This document shows, one piece after another, positions 1-11,455 of a stretch of DNA of 64,000 bases (position 1 is its first letter; each line of letters opens with the position of its first letter). The translations under genes were made by a program, and so were the position numbers. Source of the stretch: Neophaeotheca triangularis (taxonomy: Eukaryota); contig BAAIJX010000046.1 of assembly GCA_054600435.1 (NCBI GenBank), forward strand, positions 1 to 64,000. Reading direction: 5' to 3'. Under the pieces are notes generated by a model. It saw only the letters and a list, made by a program, of their open reading frames with translations, was not told the DNA's origin and did not search any database.

Positions 1-57
1 GATTTGTGGAGTTTGTTTTTGAGCTCGTGGGGTGGTTTTTTATTTTGTGTTTTTTTT

Positions 58-90
58 ATCTCTCTCTTTCTCTATATCTCTCTCTCTCTC

Positions 91-164
<74 letters not shown>

Positions 165-177
165 GTACTCTCTCATG

Positions 178-208
<31 letters not shown>

Positions 209-335
209 GTACTCTCTCATGCTCTCTCATGCTTCATTGTGGTCTCTCATGCTCTCACATGCTCTCTCATGCCCGCTCATGCTCTCTCATGCTCGCTCAT
301 GCTCTCTCATGCTTCATTGTGGTCTCTCCCTCTCT
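58..335. repeat. (CT)n microsatellite grading into GCTCTCTCAT decamer repeats
   Basis: Long CT run at ~60-220, then repeated GCTCTCTCAT units. GCTTCATTGTGGTCTCTC occurs twice (~231 and ~311). The ORFs here are low-complexity artefacts. Confidence 0.95.
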
Positions 336-1533
336 ATCATCGTAACGACTTCCGCACTCTCGGTTTAAACTTGTCCCTTCCCACCTCTATCCGAGTCATA
401 CCACATCAAAGATCATAACCAAACCAAAGACCAAACCCCGTCGAATCAACAACAACATCAAACCAAATCAAGCCCAACCCCACCAAAGTATCCCCCTCTA
501 TCCCACAAAGCCAGAACCCAGCAAAAGAGAGAAAAAGAGAAAGAGAAAGAGACCCTCAAGTCCCGCAACCGGCACGCAAACTCGGCCGGGCGATTCGACC
601 TTCAAAACCTCAGAGCAATACCGCGAGCTGAGTGAGGGCCGGGGAGAGTTTCCGTCTAGACTCGCTTTTCCTGGAATCTTCCATGGTGTCTTTTTTGCTC
701 TTGCTTTTGCTTGCTTGCTTGCTTTTCGCTTACTCGCTTGCTTGCTTACTCGCTTACTCGCTTACTTTATTTCTTTTCTCGCTTTCTGATCTCGCTGGTT
801 AGACTATCGTTTTTTCTTTATTTTGGTTTACTTCTCTCTGCCAGTCTTTGTCTTTATCCTCCTCTACTTTGCTCTGCCTTACCTAAAGACTCGCACGCCT
901 CTACGGAGCCGGACGTTGATGGCTCGTATGTGTGTTGGGTGGATGTTCTGGCCAGTTCTCTTGGCTAGCTGGGTCATGACTTGTCTTTGTTCGCGTTGCG
1001 TGAGCTAGCTAGCCTAGCCGTTACAAAATGCGGATTATCTTATTTGGTAGGGGGGTCGGTCCTTGAAAGGAAGTATGGCCTGTTTCCCGACCGAATTGAT
1101 AGCGCTGGGGAAAGGTTTCGCGTGCGTGGGATTGGTGAGGGTTTCCATCGCAGAGGGTCGTGTCAAGGGAAGAGGGAGTGAGTAGTAAGGGGTATGTTTG
1201 TAGCAAGTAGGTACGTAGGGTATCAATCAAGGTTATGTACATGCTTCAAAGCATTAGGAAAACAAAGGTGGGGTGGCAGGGCAAAACTGATATTTATACC
1301 TTCCGTCGCCTGTCACAGCACCGTCCGCCTGGTTCAATGCCGTAAGCGGTTTTCGCTTTTTGACCCTGGAAATGCGCCAGGGTTAATTCGAAACTTTCCT
1401 ACCCTTCCATGTCCAAGAGGTATATTCCCAAAACATTAAACCAAAAAAAAGACCCTTCGCCATGGCGCCATGCTTAAAATTCAGAGGCTCTTCCCTCCCA
1501 GTGCCCTCTGTTGTGGTACGGGAGACGCGAACA

Positions 1534-4284
1534 TCAGCCCAGCCTCATCCCAGGCAACTCACCGCCAACACTCCCATCAACTCTCTCTCTACACTCAACC
1601 CTCATCCCCCCCTGCCCCAAACCCCCCGAATCCCGACGCAGATACTTCTTATTCATACTCAAAAAACTCAACGCCCTGCTAGCGCGACTGCTCAAACTGC
1701 CAGGTCTGTCGTCCTCCTCACCCGGCTCGTCCCCTGATCCCGCAGCATCCGTGGGCTCGACGGGATCCACAACCAGCCTTGCTTTGCCATACCCATTCAG
1801 CACAAGAGCGTAAACGATACCGCCGGCGAAAGCGGCGACGGCGGCGACGTGGCTGAAATTGGCGTCGCGAATGCTGCCGTGTGCGATGGCGGTGGAAATG
1901 GGTGGGAAGACTGCACCGCCGGAGATGGCGGCGGTGATGAGGGCTGAGGCCGTTTTCGTGTGCCTGCCCATACCGCGCAGGCTTTGCGCAAAAATTAGCG
2001 AGAAGAGAGGGCCTTCGAAGAAGAAGACCATGGTTATCATTACGACGCCGGAATCGCCTGAGCCAGGGCCGCGAGCCATGCAGAGGGCGCTGAAGACTAT
2101 GGCCCCGGTGTAGAAGAAAAAGAGCAGGACGCGGGGTTTGATGAAAAAGCCCAGCCCGGCTGCAAGGAAGCGCGAGACCGCAAAGGCGGTATGGGCAATT
2201 GCCATGAAATTGGAGACGCTCAGACGGGGTGCGATGAGGGCGAGGTAGGTGTCGAAGGTTGTGGCGTTGACTTCTTGCGCGCCGACGTAGCAGAATTGGG
2301 AAAAGACGCCAAGGCCGAGGGTGAGGTAGATGATGGGGATCTTGGTGGGTGTTTCGGATTTACCGGGAAAAGAGAGCTTCATGTGCGCTTTATTGGCACC
2401 GTCCATGCGTTCGCTGGCGTCTTCGAGCTCGATGTCCGTGGCTTCGGGGAGGGGGATGTAGTAGTAGACTACAGCGAGGAGGGCGGTGAAAAGGGAGATT
2501 CCGAGGTAGGCCCATTGAGTGTCGACAAGGGAGGGGGCATTGAAAGATCGGTGAAAGAAGGCGCGGTTGGCAATCAGTGGCGCGACAACACTGCCAATGG
2601 CTTGCACACCTTGACTGAAATTCAAGCGGATCTCGCCATACTTTTGGGGACCGCAGAGAGCGATGAAAGGGTTCGCGGCGGTTTCCAGTATCGATAGGCC
2701 GATGCCTACCATGAAGTTGGTTATTATAAATGCTGGGAACGAGGTGAGGACAGCGGCGGGCCAGAAGACGAGGGTTCCGCAAGCGTAGATGGCCAGGCCG
2801 ACACTGTAGCATTTGCTGAATCCCCAATGTTTGAGGATGAAGCGACCAAAGCAGAGTGGGCCCACAAAGTAGCCTGCGAAATATGCGCTGTGGATGCCAG
2901 TCGTTTGCGCCGGACTCATGCTGGCCACACGCTGGAACTGTTGGTTCAAAACGTCGAGCAAGCCATACTCAAACCCCCAGATGAAGAAGAGCACCGTCAC
3001 CATGGTGATTGGAAAAATGGACTCTTTGTTAGTCATGTGCACCATGCTCTTGCTGCCCTTCATATTGACAAAGTCGAAAAAGTTTGGCGTTTGTGGCACC
3101 GTCGCGCGAGAGCTATTGGTCAAAGCAGTCTGTGTTCGTTCAAGCTCCGCCTGGCTAACGTCGGTCGCCTCATGTTGTTCGGGAGTTGTGAGAAAATCCA
3201 TCATACCCATCGGTCCATCGTCCTGAGCGCCGACATTGCTTGATGGGGATCGGTGTTCCAAGGAGTCCTGCACAGAAGGGATGCGTTGTGCCCGGGCCAT
3301 CTCTGCCGTCATGTTTCGGTCCGAGACTGAGCTCTCCTTTTCTGTGAAATCGCCATCGTCACGAAGGATACCGGGCAGGAATCGAGACACCAGAGGCTTC
3401 AAGGCTGGTACGCATGCGCACATGACGCCCACGTTGACTTCAACGCCAGACCACATGAAGCTTAGGGATGCGTACCACGTGAAGTCGTTTAGTTCCGCGT
3501 TTCTGCTGTCGGTGCCCGAGCTGCTTGTGCCCTCGCTAGCATTGGCTTGAATCTCTGCTAGTCGGGTCATTGACGCGGATTGTAGATAGACGATGCGAAC
3601 AACATCGACCACTGCAACGAAAATACCGAATCCGAACGTGATGACCAAGATAATCTTCTGTTTCTTCGGCAATCTCATTCCCGTGAGTATTGGCATGGGG
3701 AGAAATAAGATCATACAGTCCGTGATGATGTTGAGCGGCGCAGATGACAAGTAAATTGTGACAATATCCGTACAATTAGCTGTCTCCGGGATTGGAGACA
3801 TGAAGACTGCCCCGACGGGCCGGCACTGGAAGATTGTGAGCATCGTAAGGGCGATTCCTCCGGCATTGACGATGAAGAGGGTTCCAATCGTAGCCCAGCG
3901 AAATGTGCGATTCGTCTTGGACAGCGTCAGGTAAAAGGCCAATATCGATGTCTTGGTGGCCATGAGCGCAGGGTTGTACAACACACTAAAAACATAATTG
4001 GCCTTTTTGAGGGCCGGTTGCCAGTTCAAAGGAACATATCGTTCATGCCGTCCGAGTCCATACGCTGTACCAAAGCAGATGGCGAAGCTCAGCCCGAATG
4101 CTAGCAGCCACGCCAGTAGCATGAAATAGTCGTCGAAATATAGCTTCTTGACCACTCCCAAGCGCGACACCATCCGGAAGAAGACGAACAAGGTCATGAG
4201 AGTCGCAAAGGTGATTGTGACCGCCAAGACCGCCTCCGAGCGGCCTCGGAAGTTGGTGTGCGACGCATTGTAATCCTCTTCCAT
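1534..4284 (-). CDS. Fusion of a PTH11-like (fungal rhodopsin-domain) integral membrane protein and an MFS fucose/glucose-galactose (FucP-like) permease
   Basis: Single uninterrupted ORF; first ATG at 4284. The N-half has PTH11-type motifs (DDYFMLLAW, YGLGRH, FQCRP, NIITD, WSGVEVNVGVMCACVPALKPL). The C-half has FHS-family MFS motifs (LFFIWGFEYGLLDVLN, GLSILETAANPFI, RLNFSQGVQAIG, QFCYVGAQ). Confidence 0.9.
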   Translation of the reverse strand: MEEDYNASHTNFRGRSEAVLAVTITFATLMTLFVFFRMVSRLGVVKKLYFDDYFMLLAWLLAFGLSFAICFGTAYGLGRHERYVPLNWQPALKKANYVFSVLYNPALMATKTSILAFYLTLSKTNRTFRWATIGTLFIVNAGGIALTMLTIFQCRPVGAVFMSPIPETANCTDIVTIYLSSAPLNIITDCMILFLPMPILTGMRLPKKQKIILVITFGFGIFVAVVDVVRIVYLQSASMTRLAEIQANASEGTSSSGTDSRNAELNDFTWYASLSFMWSGVEVNVGVMCACVPALKPLVSRFLPGILRDDGDFTEKESSVSDRNMTAEMARAQRIPSVQDSLEHRSPSSNVGAQDDGPMGMMDFLTTPEQHEATDVSQAELERTQTALTNSSRATVPQTPNFFDFVNMKGSKSMVHMTNKESIFPITMVTVLFFIWGFEYGLLDVLNQQFQRVASMSPAQTTGIHSAYFAGYFVGPLCFGRFILKHWGFSKCYSVGLAIYACGTLVFWPAAVLTSFPAFIITNFMVGIGLSILETAANPFIALCGPQKYGEIRLNFSQGVQAIGSVVAPLIANRAFFHRSFNAPSLVDTQWAYLGISLFTALLAVVYYYIPLPEATDIELEDASERMDGANKAHMKLSFPGKSETPTKIPIIYLTLGLGVFSQFCYVGAQEVNATTFDTYLALIAPRLSVSNFMAIAHTAFAVSRFLAAGLGFFIKPRVLLFFFYTGAIVFSALCMARGPGSGDSGVVMITMVFFFEGPLFSLIFAQSLRGMGRHTKTASALITAAISGGAVFPPISTAIAHGSIRDANFSHVAAVAAFAGGIVYALVLNGYGKARLVVDPVEPTDAAGSGDEPGEEDDRPGSLSSRASRALSFLSMNKKYLRRDSGGLGQGGMRVECRERVDGSVGGELPGMRLG

Positions 4285-5674
4285 TGCCACGTCTTTTTTT
4301 CCTCTCCCATCCTTCTATTCGTGCGTTCCTGCGTGCTAATCTGATGAGAGGCCTTGCCTCAACATGATCTGGCTGGCGTCCAGCATACCATGGCACAGTG
4401 TTTTGGAGGGGTTCTTCGGGTGCGGTCGGGGACTCTGAAGTCTCGGCAAAATCGTTTCTCGATGGCCAGAGGTGATGTTTCTGTCTCGCGCAGTTTTCCA
4501 GGTGCTGCGCAGTAGCCGACACGACCTTGGCCCGAATGTTAGACGTGTAGGGATGGAGGGAGAAGATGGTGGTACAACTGTCAAGGCGGAAAGCAAGAGT
4601 CGGTCGAGAGTTCGACCAGCATACTCGACGAGCGACGAGGCGCTCCAAGCAGTCTAAGTAACTCTAGCCACCGTTACGGACGAGCTGCACTCCGGATTCC
4701 CAGAGCAGACCGGTAAAGTGACGGGTCAAAGTGGAGGGCACTTGGGCGTTTCCCTCGCCTGATTTGCTGGCACGAAGCTGGCGTATTTTGCCGACACGCG
4801 AGCTCGGTAGAGTGGGCACCATTTTTGGGAGATGGCGCCGTCGGCCCAGCCGCTGACGAAAGGTACCCTCGTATCCAGTATTTCTCCTCCCCCGCACCCT
4901 TAGGTACAATAAGGTACTTCGTTCACCCGCGCCATCGGACAATATCAACCGAGAACCCGACAAGGTGTCGTGAGCCACTTTAGCAGGGTCTTGCTGCTCC
5001 TGAGGTACAGTATCATTATCTACCGTACCAGGCTGAATGAGTTGTTGACCGACGTGGGCAGTAGCAAACCCTGAAGCGGCTAGAGTCACTAAGGTAGACG
5101 CGTCGATTCCGCGGTTGAAATACGGTGCATTCCCGGAAGTGGCCCGGCAGAACTACATCCCGTCCATACTATGCCCACAGCAGCTCACGTGGACAGTCAG
5201 TAACGCCAAGTCTTGAGCCACAATGTCGACGAGGTCAAACTTTACCTCCTATTCCGTATGGCTTGTCACCGCCATTGGCCTGAATCGACGTACTCACCCC
5301 CAAGTTGACCGCCAGATTCGTTACGATACACTATTCACTTTCGTTACCTTGCCTTGGCGGCCGTGGAACACATCATTTCTTCCCCCATGCCAATACATGG
5401 TTCCACAAACGGACTAAATCTGTTTGATTGAAGCTGCCGTGGGCTTCGATTGCCCTTACTAAGCGTTACTGACCCTGACTCCTCCCTTATGTGACTATAG
5501 GCCTTGTGCCCGGATATTCCCAAACTCCTCGCAGCAATCAACGCTAGAAAGTAGGTGCGCTCGAGGGCGCCATATTTCTCCCTGGCCTTGTTTCTGATCC
5601 ACCCCGAGCACCCTCGTCGAACGCGCTGACGCTATCCTCTTATACTTCTCCGATCCGAGATGCGAGATGAGAGC

Positions 5675-6697
5675 CTACCATCTGCCAGACCCCACACCAA
5701 GATCTTGCCCATACGTCCCAGCGAACAAAGCCTGTCGAACAGCAGCTCTCTCATCCATAGCATTACCACTCTCTGCCGAAGATGCCGGCGCTGCCTGCAT
5801 GAAACCCAACGCCCCTTTCAGCTCGTTGACAGCCTCCTCCATTCTTCCTCCACTCTTTGCATTGTGATCCACCAGCTTCGAATCCCAGCCTCCAAACTGC
5901 AAATGGAATCCTCCTGCCCTCTTAGCGGCCTCGCGGATCACCAAACCCCAAGCTCTTGAGATGTCGTCGTAAGCTTCGTGCTTGTACCTGTTGTGTTGGT
6001 AGCTGTCCCAGTCCGGTAAATTATGGATCATGTTCGTAACGCTATCAAGGTATGCAAGGGAGATCGAAGTCTGGGTCTCTTGAGGTGGGAGGTAGTAAGG
6101 AGTATAGTCTCGGAGCGCTTCCAGAAGGGCCTCAAGGTGTTGCTTGACTCTGTTGTAGGCGTAGTCGGATGTAGGTCGGTTGCCAAGTGGGAAGGCTTTG
6201 CGGAAATCGGCGTTGTACTTTGCCAGTACTGAGAGGGTTGAGTCGACGGACGGTCTTGGAGCTTTCGTAACGACTTCGTGTTTGAGGTGTGGGTTCTGAT
6301 CGCAGATATTTTGCAGTAATTGCCGCATGTCGTCTGCATCGAGCGTTTGTAGCAGCCGTGGCAAAGGCAGCGGGCGGCCGACAGAGGTATGTGTTCGCGT
6401 GCGTTTGATGCTTCTTTGTGTGCTCGAGCTCGGAGGCGGAAGAGTGCGGTTGAATGCTGAAGGCGAGGGAGCGGGGGAAGTGGACATGCGGTCGCCATCA
6501 AGAGGCTCCTCCGATGCCTTCCGCTTGCGGCCGGACATGCTGGGAGAGTAAGAGTCTGTGTAGCAGTCCATGTTAGTATCTTCACCCAGACCACTGTCGT
6601 CTGGGAGGGTAGGCATGCCTGTACGTGAAGGGGATAGACGGGGGTCCTGGAGCAGGTGTGGAGCGGACAATGGGTGGCTGTTGAGTACGCTGTTCAT
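5675..6697 (-). CDS. STS1: Tethering factor for nuclear proteasome Sts1/Cut8
   Basis: NLS-like RKRKA and KRTR, plus GRPLPLPRLLQTLD, DYAYNRVK and LPDWD motifs. The ATG (MNSVL) is at 6697; the GTG-started extension in the ORF track is probably UTR. Confidence 0.9.
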   Translation of the reverse strand: MNSVLNSHPLSAPHLLQDPRLSPSRTGMPTLPDDSGLGEDTNMDCYTDSYSPSMSGRKRKASEEPLDGDRMSTSPAPSPSAFNRTLPPPSSSTQRSIKRTRTHTSVGRPLPLPRLLQTLDADDMRQLLQNICDQNPHLKHEVVTKAPRPSVDSTLSVLAKYNADFRKAFPLGNRPTSDYAYNRVKQHLEALLEALRDYTPYYLPPQETQTSISLAYLDSVTNMIHNLPDWDSYQHNRYKHEAYDDISRAWGLVIREAAKRAGGFHLQFGGWDSKLVDHNAKSGGRMEEAVNELKGALGFMQAAPASSAESGNAMDERAAVRQALFAGTYGQDLGVGSGRW

Positions 6698-7156
6698 GGC
6701 GAAGTTTCTCCAAGCTCCAGGGTGAGGTTGGTGTTCTCCGTCGCGGTGACCTGGTGAGAAGAGTAAACGGATATGTTGAAGGGAAAACACAGTTGGACGA
6801 GTGAGGAGAAGTGTAGGTGATGTTGTCCGGGTGTTACTGCTTCACGGTTGCTCGTCACAAGGTGCGGGCACCAGAAGCGGGAAGATTCGACTGGTAGCTG
6901 CCGTCTCGGCGGTACTCGGACCACTCCGAGCCTAAAGTGACAGCCACGTGATGGCACAAATGATGTGGACACCTCCCGGAGTCGATGCTTGAAGTTTACT
7001 ACATAACTGCCTTACATCAAGATTACCGCCTTTGCCAACATTTTTACTGTTACTGATAGAGCGTGCGTTGGCTGCTGCTCGACTGTATCCGGCTGAAGAC
7101 CCGGCAAGTCATGGAGCCTTGAAAGAAGAACCTTCATCCTCCGATCCAAGGACATC

Positions 7157-8450
7157 ATGGCCATAGCCGGTCGATCAAACGAAGGCGAAGAGCCTCTGCT
7201 GAATGACGAAGATTCGGATGTTGAGCTCAGTCAATATGGCAGAGAATCAGGTCGCATATCAGCGAAGTCGCCGCTACCCAGCCCACGACAAACAAGACAA
7301 AGGACAATCATATGGTCGGTGTGCGCTATGCTCATCACAATATGCGGAATTTCGACACAGACCGAAGCCGTAACGTATTACCAGGACGTTCTGGGTTGGA
7401 ACAAGCCCTGGTGCAGTCTTTACATCACTCACTCTTTCCTTTGCATCCCATGGATACTGCACACGACATACCTCCGTTTTGCCAACTGGCACGTTCCTTA
7501 CCGTCAGTGGGTCGATGACTACAACAATGGTCTACGATCAGCCATTGGCCAAGTCGACGCTTACGCAGCCACGGGGCCAGGCTTCTCGCTCCAACGGAGC
7601 GGTGGACCGATGCATTTTCTGCTGAGCGCAATGACAATACTGACAATTATATTGACGGTGAACGGTGGCGCATGGTTTGCAGCGGTAGCGTTGACGACCC
7701 CTGGCGATGTCATGGCTATCTACAATTGCGCTATCTTCTTTGCAGCCGCTTTCAGCGTTCCATTGCTGAAGCAGAAGCTTTCCTGGACTGCCATCTCCGC
7801 TGTCGCCATCTCCATCACTGGGACTTTCATCATAGCGTATGGCGACAGCTCTGGCAACAAGACCGACGACCCCGATGAAGGAGAGTCCTCTCCAGTCGGT
7901 GCGTCTCGTTTGCTGGGCAATTTGATCGCTCTGGTCGGTGCCATGGCTTTCGGACTCTACGAGGTGCTTTTCAAGAAATGGACCTCCCCTTCCAAGCCTA
8001 TTGGACAGCAGCAGCAATTCACTCTAACCATGGCAGCTTCTGCGTTGACAGGCATCTTCACAGTCTCGATTGGCTGGGTAGTTCTGGTAGTTTTGCACAT
8101 CACCGGCGCGGAGACCTTCGTCTGGCCCAGTCGTGAGGTCGCCTTGTACATTGCCCTCTCGGTCTTCGCGGGAGCATGTTCTTTGAACGCTTTGCTGGTG
8201 CTGGTGACGTGGACGAGTCCGGTCTTTGGTTCGGTGACCTCGCTGTAAGTTGCTCCGACCTCCCTCAGCCGAACTGTGAATGTCCCGTTGTTGATCCTCT
8301 GCCGACAGGCTCGCCATATTCGTTGTTGGGGTTGCCGATAACGTCATTTATGGACTTGTACCCTCGTGGGCTACGTACGTTGGCGGGTTGTTGATCGTGG
8401 TGGCTTTTGGGTTGCTGGCACGCGACACCTTGGCCGGCGGACACAGATGA
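7157..8450 (+). CDS. EamA/DMT-superfamily (SLC35F-like) transporter, 2 exons
   Basis: About 10 hydrophobic helices, with AIYNCAIFFAAAFSVPLLK and GLYEVLFKK. Intron GTAAGT 8245 to CAG 8308. Exon 2 encodes LAIFVVGVADN...GGHR-stop. Confidence 0.85.
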
Positions 8451-10228
8451 GCGGAAGACGCCGCGAGCCATTCGAAAGTCTAGCTTTGGAAGCTCCAAAA
8501 GTGCCGTTTGGCGGCCGCCCCGTCTTCAGCGAAACTCAACACCCGCATCGTACGTTTTTAGGCAGCACCTGCGTCGGTATAGAAGAGTTTGCCGTGCATG
8601 TGTTTACCGCCACCAGGCTGGTAGAGTCTGTCGAAAGCGAAGTAGAAAAATGTCGAAAGACCCAGGAGAGCCAACAGGCTGATCATGTTCTCATAATCTG
8701 GGGCCACGACATATGGCGGGATAGTGAGCGTGTTGTGGAACGACATGATCGGCGTATATCTGATGCTTTGCGAGGAGTTGCGGTTCGGTTATCGCAAGCG
8801 CGTCAAGTGGTCGAAGCAGCGAGACTGGATAAATGTGAAGAACAGCAGGGACGTTGTATTCAAACTGAGAAGAGAGCGCAAAACAGCAAAGTCGGTGAAG
8901 ACTCCCTCCTTCATATTAAAGCCTCGTGACCCTCTCCACACATCTTCGCCAATGCGGCACACGCTAGCAGCAAAAGCCCGAGAAAGTCCTTTATCGGTTC
9001 TTGGAAGTTGGAACACTGTCAAACACCACCAAAACGGTCGCGTCTGCAGTAGAAAACACGGCAAATGCAAAGGACAAAGGCTGCCGAGGCCCTAACTAAC
9101 TACGGCATCTGGACGGAGGTGAAGAGTCATGTTGCTGTCTGAGAAAGCCGCAAGCGCTTCAAACATGGCTGCTCCATTCGGCACGAGTTTGATGCAACGG
9201 CGGGACGCAATCGAGTATGCTTGGTAATGCTTTTGACATGGACACGAAGTCGCGGAATGTGAGCGCAGCATCATGGCAGATTTTTTTGCTCAAGGTAGAA
9301 AGAAGATCGGGTGCCGGGCGAGGAGATGTTCTGTAGCAGGGGAAACTTTCTAAAGGGCCAAGAACGTTTCGTTAGCACGTGGGACTACTGAGAAGTAGGC
9401 TTAAGGTTTTGATGAGTTACTCGCTAGTGCTGTGCGTGAAGAATAGTGAAGACCCTGGAGCTTCTCGGCGGACGGATATGCGGTTTCGTCCCATCTTCGG
9501 GATCCATGCTTGACGGAGTCGACCTAAATTTAAGCGACTAGCCCTGGGTGCCAGGTGTTGGATAAGAGGCGAAGGAAAGAAATGAACCTGTTCCTACAGG
9601 GATGCTTCCATATCGAGACAGGATTCACAAGAAACGGGTACTTCGGCACCAAAAAGCATATCAGCGCACGCATCCACTATGCACGGCTCCCGAGACTATA
9701 AACAGTGTACGAACAATAGTCATTCCGGATGCGGAACGAGGCCTTTGACGATCTGCTATCTTGAAACTGGATAGTCACGAGCGAGCGAGCTGTAAAGCTT
9801 TGCGGAGCGGGTGAGTCGGCCGTGCCTGTTGTGCATACACGGCTTTGCTAGGACTACGGCTGCTTGTGATAATTAATCATAATCATGCCTTCTATCGTCG
9901 AATCGTGATTCTCGAAACACGCCTCCGCGGGGCCCATCCTAACTTCTTGACAGCCCCTCGATACCATTTAGTGAACAAGTGGCCCTTTCCCGCCAACAAG
10001 GTCTCCTGGGCGTGGTGCACGCCGGCGATCGTGGCGCGCAGAGTTAAGCCAGTCTGAGCAACGCTGAGCCCTGGGCTGGGAGACTGTGTCTAGAAGACGA
10101 CGTGCGGCTGTGTTCACCCCATATCAGGCTGTGCGAGACGCATTCTTGCCAGTGTGGCCGACATCTGTTGTGGGTTGCAAGGTCAATACTGTTGTTCTTC
10201 GTCCAAAATAGAGTGCCGCAAAAGCCAT

Positions 10229-11455
10229 TCAACCGACGGCATTCTTCTTCTCAATCTCAGCCTCCCTGGCTGCGATCTCCGCTTGCTCCTTTTCCCCCAG
10301 TTTCCTCAAATCCAGCAACGCATGCACCTTGCTCATTACACTCTCGAAGGCCTCGATGACCTTGGGCGTAGGCAGTGGTATCTGGTCGGGCACGCCTATG
10401 TATTGGAGTATTGTAGCAATCTTGTCCGTTTGGATCGTGCTCTTTGCGATTCGTGGTTTGTGCAGCTTGTCGCTAGCAAACGTGATGGAGCTGGGCAGTT
10501 TTTCTGCCGTAGTGATGCCAAACTTCAGCTTTTGCGCTGGTGTGAGGTCGGTCGCGGTGGAGGGAGCTGGCTTCTCAATGGGCGTCTCGGCCGTGTTTGC
10601 GGGAAGAGAATCGCGCGTGCCTCTACGCCCTTTGTCTGCAGTCGCGGAAGGTGGACCTGGAGCTGCGTTGGCATTCTCCGCAGCAGCAGTGCCAACAGGT
10701 CTAAGACGTGGGTTCTTCTTCATACGGTCGGCAGCCATGAGCTGTTGATAGAGCTGGTTCAATTGCTGACTGGTCCCGTATTGATAGCCTTGCGCGCTGG
10801 GATGAGGGAAGTCTAATGTGGATCGCAGATTTTCGCGTGCGTCGTCCAACTCTTTCTGCTGCACCATGATGCGCTGTAGCTCGCCAAGCAACACCGTCTC
10901 TTCGTCAACCTCGTTCTGCCTCCTTAAAAGGTGTCCTTCCGCGAGCTGCTTGCGCGAAGTCTCCTGCGCTGGGTCGAAGTTGGACAGCGTCTCGTACAGT
11001 TGATATTCCTGCTGGTTCATGTCGTCTTTGGGTATAGTCTGGATGAGCATCTTCGCGGAGACTGTATAGTACCGTGCCTTCAGCTGCTCCATACTCCTGG
11101 CCTGTCCTGAAGGCGCCTCATATCTGTCAGCCACAACAGGCCATTTCCCGGCGCAGTCCCTATAGGTCTCGACAAGCGCGTCCGTATCCTCTCTAGACCA
11201 GTCCGCTGACACGAGCTGTTGCTCGTATGTGGCGTCGTCGTAGGTGGGCACGTCAACCTTGAGTTCGGCGATCCTTGCGAGTTTTGATGGTTCCTTGGAA
11301 GCCGCGTCCTCTTGTTCTCCCTCCCCAGAAGGGCGCGAGTCTTTCGAGTGACGCTGCCAGTGGTGCACCTTCAGCTGGTCGTCCCGACCAGGCGGTATGA
11401 AAGCATCCTGCGTCCAAGTATGGCGCAGTCTACGACCTGCGCGTATCGGCGCCAT
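10229..11455 (-). CDS. SWC4: SWR1/NuA4 complex subunit Swc4/Eaf2 (DMAP1 homolog)
   Basis: SANT-like WSREDTDALVETYRDCAGKWPVVADRY, RSMEQLKARYY and FDPAQETSRK. First in-frame ATG is at 11455; the start is uncertain. Confidence 0.88.
   Translation of the reverse strand: MAPIRAGRRLRHTWTQDAFIPPGRDDQLKVHHWQRHSKDSRPSGEGEQEDAASKEPSKLARIAELKVDVPTYDDATYEQQLVSADWSREDTDALVETYRDCAGKWPVVADRYEAPSGQARSMEQLKARYYTVSAKMLIQTIPKDDMNQQEYQLYETLSNFDPAQETSRKQLAEGHLLRRQNEVDEETVLLGELQRIMVQQKELDDARENLRSTLDFPHPSAQGYQYGTSQQLNQLYQQLMAADRMKKNPRLRPVGTAAAENANAAPGPPSATADKGRRGTRDSLPANTAETPIEKPAPSTATDLTPAQKLKFGITTAEKLPSSITFASDKLHKPRIAKSTIQTDKIATILQYIGVPDQIPLPTPKVIEAFESVMSKVHALLDLRKLGEKEQAEIAAREAEIEKKNAVG

Noticed and set aside
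4..418. SLSLSL-rich ORFs
   Set aside because: Translations of the CT microsatellite.
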